A DNA stretch of 64,000 bases from Syntrophorhabdaceae bacterium (lineage in GTDB: Bacteria > Desulfobacterota > Syntrophorhabdia > Syntrophorhabdales > Syntrophorhabdaceae), in the NCBI GenBank assembly GCA_963666485.2, contig CAXXUO010000001.1:1120001-1184000 (forward strand), written 5' to 3'. A program made the translations under genes and the position numbers. Of this stretch, positions 57,760-64,000 are shown piece after piece. Numbering within the stretch: position 1 is the first letter of the stretch; each line of letters starts with the position of its first letter. Below the pieces are notes generated by a model. The model saw only the letters and a program-made list of their open reading frames with translations. It did no database searches and was not told the DNA's origin.

Positions 57760-58611
57760 ATGTCAGGCACAAATCATGGATATCACGGCAGCGAGGATTA
57801 CATCGCATCGAAAGCACTTATGGAGATCGTCAATGTGGCCGTGGTACTTCAGAAGCCGCTTGTTGTAAAAGGGGAGCCGGGGACGGGGAAGACGCTTCTC
57901 GCCCACAGCATCGCCCGTGCGCTCAACAAGAGGCTTCTCATATGGAATATCAAGTCTACAACGAAGGCAAAAGACGGCCTGTACGTATACGATACCGTGC
58001 AGCGGCTCAACGACGCCCGTTTCAAGGACAAGGACATCAGTGATATACGGCAGTACATAAAGATGGGGAAGCTCGGCCAGGCGTTTCAGACCGATGAGCA
58101 GGTGATCCTCCTGATCGACGAGATCGACAAGGCGGATATCGAGTTCCCCAATGACCTGCTCAACGAACTCGATGAGATGACATTTCATATCAACGAGCTC
58201 GATGAAACGGTGTCGGCCATACATAGGCCGATCGTGATCATAACGAGCAATTCCGAAAAGGAATTGCCCGACGCGTTCCTGAGACGGTGCCTTTTCTATT
58301 ACATTGAATTTCCCGACGGGGAAATGATGGAGCGGATCATCAAGGTGCATTACCCGGACATAGAGGACAAGCTTGTCCGAGAAGCGCTGAAGAAATTCTA
58401 CTGGCTCAGGGAAATGGACGGACTGAAGAAGAGGCCGTCGACAAGCGAGCTGCTCGACTGGATAAAGGCACTCGCCCTGGGCGGCGTGAAGATCGATAAG
58501 ATCAACAACGAGATCCCGTTCCTCGGGACCCTTTTGAAAAACGAACAGGATACCGACAGGTTTGTGCGGGTGTCATCCAACCAGGGCGGGTTCGGTTTCA
58601 AGCGAAGGTAA
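57760..58611 (+). CDS. MoxR-family AAA+ ATPase (CoxD-like)
   Basis: GEPGTGKT, LIDEIDKAD, ITSN, LPDAFLRRC; RBS AGGAGG. Confidence 0.9.
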   Translation: MSGTNHGYHGSEDYIASKALMEIVNVAVVLQKPLVVKGEPGTGKTLLAHSIARALNKRLLIWNIKSTTKAKDGLYVYDTVQRLNDARFKDKDISDIRQYIKMGKLGQAFQTDEQVILLIDEIDKADIEFPNDLLNELDEMTFHINELDETVSAIHRPIVIITSNSEKELPDAFLRRCLFYYIEFPDGEMMERIIKVHYPDIEDKLVREALKKFYWLREMDGLKKRPSTSELLDWIKALALGGVKIDKINNEIPFLGTLLKNEQDTDRFVRVSSNQGGFGFKRR

Positions 58612-58632
58612 CGGGAAGAGGGAAGGCAGCAC

Positions 58633-59850
58633 ATGTTCGTAGATTTTTTCTATATCCTTCGGAAGAAAGGCGTTCCGGTATCTATCAAGGAATTCATGTC
58701 TTTCATAGAGGCGCTCTATAACGGGCATTTTCAATCGAGCATCAACCATCTTTATCACATCGGAAAGGCATTCCTTGTCAAGAGCGAGGCATACTTCGAC
58801 GCCTATGATCTGGCCTTCAACGAATACTTCGGCGGGATCGTGACGGAGAACATCGAACTCGACAAGGTGTTGGGATGGCTCGAGAATCCTCTCAACCGCC
58901 TGCCGAAGATGTCACCCGAAGAACTGATGGAATTCCAGAAACAGCTCGAGGAATTCAAGAAGACTCACGATCTCGAAGAGATGATGCGCCAGTTCCGCGA
59001 ACGCTTGAAAGAACAGCACGAGCGCCACGACGGCGGGCATAAATGGGTCGGGACGGGAGGCTATTCCCCGTTCGGCGCGTACGGTTACCATCCCGGCGGC
59101 ATCAGGGCCGGCGGAGAATCGTGGATGCAGTCGGCGTCGAAGGTCGCGGCAGAAAGGCGGTTCCGGAATTACCGTAATGACATCATTCTCGATGTCAGGC
59201 AAACGAAGATGGCGCTCAAAAAGCTGCGTGAACTGAAGCGCGAAGGGGCCCAGGAAGAGCTGGATATAGACGAGACGATCGATAAAACGGCGAAAGAAGG
59301 CGGCGAGATCGAGCTCGTTTTCAACCGTTCACGTGAGAACTCGGTGCGGATCATCCTGCTCATGGACACCGGCGGGTCGATGCTTCCCTATACCGAGCTG
59401 TGCGAGAAACTTTTTTCCGCCGCGACCCAGGCAAACCATTTCAAAGAGTTCCGCTATTTCTTTTTTCATAACTGCATCTACCAGGACATTTACGAAGACT
59501 TGGCCAATTATAAGAATGTCCCGACGGAAAAACTCTTCTCGCTCTTCAACAAGAATTACAAGCTGATCCTTGTCGGCGACGCCAGGATGGCGTATTCAGA
59601 GCTTTTCGATGTCAACGGCTGCATTGATTATTTCTCGACCAACGATAAGCCCGGCCTCGAATGGCTTGCCAGGATCCGGGACCATTTTCCCCATTCTGTC
59701 TGGCTTAATCCGACGCACAGGAACTTCTGGGGGCACTATACCGTGGACACCATCGGAAAGATCTTCCCCATGTACGAGCTTACGATAGACGGGCTCAAGG
59801 ATGCGATAAAGGCGTTGACTTCACGGACCAAGAACCTCATGCATCAGTAG
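58633..59850 (+). CDS. VWA-domain protein (CoxE-like), partner of the MoxR ATPase
   Basis: MIDAS-like MDTGGSM, FFHNC, VGDA, VWLNP; directly downstream of the MoxR gene. Confidence 0.85.
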   Translation: MFVDFFYILRKKGVPVSIKEFMSFIEALYNGHFQSSINHLYHIGKAFLVKSEAYFDAYDLAFNEYFGGIVTENIELDKVLGWLENPLNRLPKMSPEELMEFQKQLEEFKKTHDLEEMMRQFRERLKEQHERHDGGHKWVGTGGYSPFGAYGYHPGGIRAGGESWMQSASKVAAERRFRNYRNDIILDVRQTKMALKKLRELKREGAQEELDIDETIDKTAKEGGEIELVFNRSRENSVRIILLMDTGGSMLPYTELCEKLFSAATQANHFKEFRYFFFHNCIYQDIYEDLANYKNVPTEKLFSLFNKNYKLILVGDARMAYSELFDVNGCIDYFSTNDKPGLEWLARIRDHFPHSVWLNPTHRNFWGHYTVDTIGKIFPMYELTIDGLKDAIKALTSRTKNLMHQ

Positions 59851-60021
59851 AAAGCGAATAACCCCTTAAGGTCAATGGCGGTAAAATTTTCTTACTATTT
59901 TGACGTTTATCCTTTATAATTTCCACGAGACGGGTCTTGGGGGCCCGGTTGTGTCCCCAAATATGGGGCTATGGTCAGACACCTTGGATAAAAGTTATTT
60001 TATACGCGGGAAGGTATTGCA

Positions 60022-62034
60022 TTGAGCGCTGTTCTGGACAGGGTTTCATCACTTAAGAACACAGATCTTTTTCGTGCCCTCGGGGACAACGAGCTGGAAA
60101 AGCTTTCCTCGAAGCTCAGGGAACGTGTCTATCCCGCCAATACGGCCATTGTCCGTGAAGGGGCAAACGGCGATGCAATGTTCATCATCAAAAATGGACA
60201 GGTAGAGGTCAAAAAAAAAGAACCGAACCTCGGCATCGACCTCACGATAGCAACCCTCGGAATGGGGGCGTGTTTCGGGGAGATGGCGCTTCTCACGGGC
60301 AAGCCCCGTTCGGCTACGGTCATCGCGGTCGCGGCAACCGAGCTCTTCGTCCTTGAAAAGAGTGATTTCGATTCCCTTCTTCTCGAACATCCCAGCATAT
60401 CGATATCGATAAACAAGATCGTCGCCGAGCGGATCGAGGAGATGAATACCCAGAAATCGATGGGCGTCGTCTCTTTCCAGAACCTCAAGGTCGATCCCGA
60501 TTTTATCACCGTGATACCGGAGCCGATAGCCCTGAAATATAAAATGCTCGCCACGTCGTACGGCAACGGGAGCCTCACCCTTGTCATGGTCAACCCGCAC
60601 GATCTCATGGCACTCGATGAAGCGACAAAACTGGTGACGGACAAATTCAAGAAGAAGGTGCCGCTGGACCAGGTGATCGTCACTGAGGAAGATTTCAAAC
60701 ATTTCATGGAAGGTGAATACAAGATCATAACAAAGCCACTGGTCGAGGAAAAACCTGAAGTGAACCTCGACGACTTCCTTGATTCGATGGACCATATCCA
60801 GTCGGATTTTATGAAGGATGCTGAATTTGAGGACGGGTCCGTCGACGATGAAGGCATTACCGACCTTGCGCGCGAAGCTGAAGGCGCGCCGATAATCCGG
60901 CTCACAAACAATATTATCGCGATGGCCCTGAAAAAAGGGGCCAGCGATATCCATATCGAACCGATGGAAAAAGGGCTTCGCGTCAGGTACCGCATCGACG
61001 GTGTCCTGCGCGCGGAAATGATGCTTCCCAAGAAGGTGCAGCTACCGCTCATCAGCAGGGTAAAGATCATATCGAAACTCGACATAACGGAACGCCGGAT
61101 GCCGCAGGACGGCAGGATCACGATCAAGCTGGGCAGCAAATCGGTCGACTTCCGTGTGTCTACGGTGCCCACGAAGTTCGGGGAAAAGATCTGTACAAGG
61201 ATATTGGATAAAACGAACACCACGATGGGCCTCGATAAATTGATCTCGCACCTGCCTGTGCTCGATCTTGTCCGCGACATGATCAAGAAGCCGTACGGCA
61301 TAATCTATGTTACGGGCCCCACCGGGTCCGGGAAAAGCACCACGCTGTACAGTTCCCTCGCTGAGATCAATGATATCGGCGTGAATATCTCGACGGTTGA
61401 AGACCCGGTTGAATACGACCTTGAAGGCGTGAACCAGGTGCAGGTGAACTCCGATATCGGGCTCAACTTCGCCCGCGTTCTCCGGGCTTTTTTGCGGCAA
61501 GACCCGGACATCATCCTCGTTGGCGAGACGCGCGACACCGAGACGGCCAAGATCGCCGTCGAGGCAGCGCTTACCGGTCACCTCGTTTTCACCACGCTCC
61601 ATGCCAACGATGCGGCGAGCACGTTCATGCGTCTGTCCGAAATGGGCATAGAACCTTTTCTCATCTCCACGTCCGCGATCGGCATCGTCGCCCAGCGTCT
61701 CGTGCGGAGGATCTGCCCCAAATGCAAGGAGAAATATGCCCCTGATCCTACGATCCTGAAATACCTCGATTTGGACGAAGGCATTGAATTATATAAAGGC
61801 AAAGGCTGTGATGCCTGCTCAGGCGGATATAAAGGAAGAGTTGGCGTGTACGAGGTCCTTGTCGTCAACGAGGAACTCAGGCATCTCATCGCCGAAGGCG
61901 CGGATACAATGGCCATCCGTGATGCGGCCGTCAGGAACGGGATGAAAACCCTGAAAGAATATTGCCTGATCCTCCTTAAGGAAGGGCATACAACGGTCGA
62001 TGAAGTCCTGCGCACCGTCGCGGTGCAGAATTGA
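60022..62034 (+). CDS. PilB/GspE-family assembly ATPase with an N-terminal cyclic-nucleotide-binding domain
   Basis: About aa 10-140 form a cNMP domain (IVREG, MFIIKNGQVEV, FGEMALL, PRSATV). Then ASDIHIEP, RIDG, PQDGR, GPTGSGKST, EDPVE, LRQDPD, GETRD, TGH, TLHAN and a CPKC/CDAC zinc motif. Confidence 0.92.
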   Translation: MSAVLDRVSSLKNTDLFRALGDNELEKLSSKLRERVYPANTAIVREGANGDAMFIIKNGQVEVKKKEPNLGIDLTIATLGMGACFGEMALLTGKPRSATVIAVAATELFVLEKSDFDSLLLEHPSISISINKIVAERIEEMNTQKSMGVVSFQNLKVDPDFITVIPEPIALKYKMLATSYGNGSLTLVMVNPHDLMALDEATKLVTDKFKKKVPLDQVIVTEEDFKHFMEGEYKIITKPLVEEKPEVNLDDFLDSMDHIQSDFMKDAEFEDGSVDDEGITDLAREAEGAPIIRLTNNIIAMALKKGASDIHIEPMEKGLRVRYRIDGVLRAEMMLPKKVQLPLISRVKIISKLDITERRMPQDGRITIKLGSKSVDFRVSTVPTKFGEKICTRILDKTNTTMGLDKLISHLPVLDLVRDMIKKPYGIIYVTGPTGSGKSTTLYSSLAEINDIGVNISTVEDPVEYDLEGVNQVQVNSDIGLNFARVLRAFLRQDPDIILVGETRDTETAKIAVEAALTGHLVFTTLHANDAASTFMRLSEMGIEPFLISTSAIGIVAQRLVRRICPKCKEKYAPDPTILKYLDLDEGIELYKGKGCDACSGGYKGRVGVYEVLVVNEELRHLIAEGADTMAIRDAAVRNGMKTLKEYCLILLKEGHTTVDEVLRTVAVQN

Positions 62035-62792
62035 TCAAAACGAAAATAATCCAGTCGAAAAAGATCTCGTATCTTCTGCGGGCGATCCTGGCCGTACTTG
62101 CATTTTTCCTGGTCTTCCTCATTTTTTACGCATATCAGCAAGGGGCGTGGAAAGAGATCTTTTCGTATTACCGGTTCTTCTTTGACTACAAAAGACTGCG
62201 GCTGTTCATTCTTTCATTCGGTCATTTTTCCGCGATCATGTTCATCCTGATACAGGCACTTCAGGTCGTGTTTGCGCCGGTGCCGGGCGAGGTCACCGGG
62301 TTTGTCGGAGGGCTTATCTTCGGCAACGTGCTCGGTACCTTATATTCTACGATAGGCCTCGTTTTCGGGTCGCTGGTCGCATTCTATATATCGCGTTTGC
62401 TTGGATTGCGCTTCGTAGAAAAAATTGTAAAGAAAGATTATATCGATCGATTCAATTATTTCGTGCGGCACCGGGGGGTGAATGTCTCGTTCATTCTCTT
62501 CCTCATCCCCGGTTTCCCGAAAGATTCCTTATGCTATCTCCTCGGATTGACGCACATGCGCGTCGTTGACTTTATCCTGATCAATGTTTTTGCGCGGCTT
62601 CCCGGAACGCTTATGCTCACCATGCAGGGAACCGCAGTCCACTCCGAACAGTACCGTTTCTTTTTCATACTTTTTTCGACGAGCATCATACTGACTTTCG
62701 TACTCTATGTTTTCCGGAATGTCCTCGTCAAATTTTTTTTGAATGCGGTACGCAGGGTCCGACACTTTTTTCAAGCAGGCAAATCCAAATAA
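62031..62792 (+). CDS. TVP38/TMEM64 (VTT/DedA superfamily) membrane protein
   Basis: QVVFAPVPGE, GGLIFG, FLIPGFPKD, RLPG. Confidence 0.85.
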   Translation: MIKTKIIQSKKISYLLRAILAVLAFFLVFLIFYAYQQGAWKEIFSYYRFFFDYKRLRLFILSFGHFSAIMFILIQALQVVFAPVPGEVTGFVGGLIFGNVLGTLYSTIGLVFGSLVAFYISRLLGLRFVEKIVKKDYIDRFNYFVRHRGVNVSFILFLIPGFPKDSLCYLLGLTHMRVVDFILINVFARLPGTLMLTMQGTAVHSEQYRFFFILFSTSIILTFVLYVFRNVLVKFFLNAVRRVRHFFQAGKSK

Positions 62793-62815
62793 ACAGGTTT
62801 TTGTTATATTCTTTC

Positions 62816-62843
62816 TTGACAGAATGTTTTATTCATATACAAT
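62816..62843 (+). promoter_or_regulatory. sigma70-type promoter of the H1-like gene
   Basis: TTGACA-N16-TACAAT. Confidence 0.55.
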
Positions 62844-62890
62844 TAAAAATTAACAGGAGTGCGCTGTACAAAAAATAAAGAGGGGGAATT

Positions 62891-63256
62891 ATGGCGAGAA
62901 AATGCGGAACAAGCAAAGCAGCAACAGTTGTCAAGACGGAAACGAAGAAAGCGGTAAAACCTGCGGCCAAAAAAGCGGCGCCTGTGAAGGCAAAACCGGC
63001 TGCGGCAAAACCGGCAGTGAAGAAAGCTCCGGCAAAGAAAGCTGCTCCTGCGAAAGCTCCCGCGAAAAAAGCCGCACCTGCAAAAGCAGCGCCGGCCGTA
63101 AAGAAAGCTCCCGCGAAAAAAGCAGCACCTGCTAAAGCGGCAGCGGCAAAACCGGCCGTAAAGAAAGCTCCCGCGAAAAAAGCAGCACCTGCGAAACCGG
63201 CGGCAAAGAAACCGGCTGCAAAGAAAGCAGCGGCAAAGAAACCGGCTGCGAAGTAA
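62891..63256 (+). CDS. Histone H1-like Lys/Ala/Pro-rich protein
   Basis: Almost entirely PAKK/KAAP repeats; GAGGGGG RBS; upstream promoter. Confidence 0.8.
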   Translation: MARKCGTSKAATVVKTETKKAVKPAAKKAAPVKAKPAAAKPAVKKAPAKKAAPAKAPAKKAAPAKAAPAVKKAPAKKAAPAKAAAAKPAVKKAPAKKAAPAKPAAKKPAAKKAAAKKPAAK

Positions 63257-63321
63257 GGGGGGATGTGGTCCGGAAAAATAACGGACCATAGATAAGAACC
63301 CCGCCTCTGATCTCTTAATTA

Positions 63322-63855
63322 TTATCGCGACTCGGCTTCAATATTCTTTTGAGCCGATGCAATGGATGTATCGTCCATGATGTTGGTGGCGATCTCATGG
63401 ACGATGCTGTCTATTTTAGCGCGTATCGACTCACGGAATTTTTGCGCCATGTCGAGCGTCTCGCCGTCCCACTTGTGCGACCCGACGAACCTCGCGAGCG
63501 CCCCGGCATATTCCAGTATCACCTGCAGCTGCACCTCGACAAGCCCCGGGTTTGAATAGAGCATGACTGTTTTGCGATATGCTTCCGATATCCTCGCGCA
63601 CTCGTGTTCCCACAATTTGCTTCTCGATCTGAGCCCGTACATGGTGTTGTTCAGGGATTCGATCTTCGCCTCAAGGTTTTCGATCTCCGTCATTTTCTCC
63701 TTGATGATCTTTTCCCTGCGGCCGCGCTCTTCTTCGAATGTCTTGATCAGGCCCGTGAACTCCTTTTTAACTTCTTTGCGTATGACCGACTTGCTCCTTG
63801 TGTAACAGGCGATGACCTCGAGCGCGCGCTCCTTTATGTCATCCGTTCCGTCCAT
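63322..63855 (-). CDS. Hypothetical coiled-coil protein
   Basis: Charged heptad-rich ORF, start trimmed to ATG 63855. No motif recognised. Confidence 0.6.
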   Translation of the reverse strand: MDGTDDIKERALEVIACYTRSKSVIRKEVKKEFTGLIKTFEEERGRREKIIKEKMTEIENLEAKIESLNNTMYGLRSRSKLWEHECARISEAYRKTVMLYSNPGLVEVQLQVILEYAGALARFVGSHKWDGETLDMAQKFRESIRAKIDSIVHEIATNIMDDTSIASAQKNIEAESR

Positions 63856-64000
63856 GGATATGTCTTCGGTGCATGGGGAAGTCCCATTTCTTGTTTGCCT
63901 GCTGCCTGTCACTTTATACCGCCTCCAGGTGTTCACAGATATCCGTTGTACGCATATGCGATAGCGCCGACAAACAAAGGGCGGCCTCGTTATTTTCGTC

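Noticed and set aside
57760..59850. MoxR-VWA pair as a novel system
   Set aside because: This is a widespread, known chaperone pairing, and no client gene is identifiable here.

Overview
GC-rich (roughly 55-60% by eye) bacterial chromosomal window. Gene content suggests an anaerobic Desulfobacterota/deltaproteobacterial syntroph such as a Syntrophorhabdus-like organism; this is an inference, not a database result. 1-17.9 kb is a minus-strand signalling island: a chemosensory cluster (REC-STAS fusion, CheA, short CheR, MBL-fold hydrolase, 1439-aa soluble poly-HAMP MCP, CheW, hybrid kinase, single-domain receiver, partial Cache-HAMP sensor) preceded by two histidine kinases and an NtrC-type activator. 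Two sigma54 promoters there share the same tandem palindromic upstream sites. 18-30 kb holds a patatin, an MBL hydrolase, a compact ThyA, tRNA-Met, queH/queC/queE, a serpin and small accessory genes. 30-57 kb is mostly housekeeping (rimO, lysS, lolC/E-lolD, ugd, CHASE2 adenylate cyclase, radical SAM, a 2-hydroxyacyl-CoA dehydratase/BCR-like pair, cutA, maf, yggS, argH, lysA-dapF-dapA-dapB, rex, bioD). 57-64 kb holds MoxR-VWA, a cNMP-domain PilB/GspE ATPase, a VTT protein and an H1-like protein. Best leads: (1) an unannotated Phe-rich leader-peptide attenuator with two tandem terminators controlling two aminotransferase paralogues; (2) a PilB/GspE ATPase with an N-terminal cyclic-nucleotide-binding domain; (3) a chemosensory operon with no cheB in the window and an MBL hydrolase coupled to a truncated CheR. 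lysA and dapF carry homopolymer indels that look like sequencing errors. All calls come from reading the sequence by eye; no searches were run.
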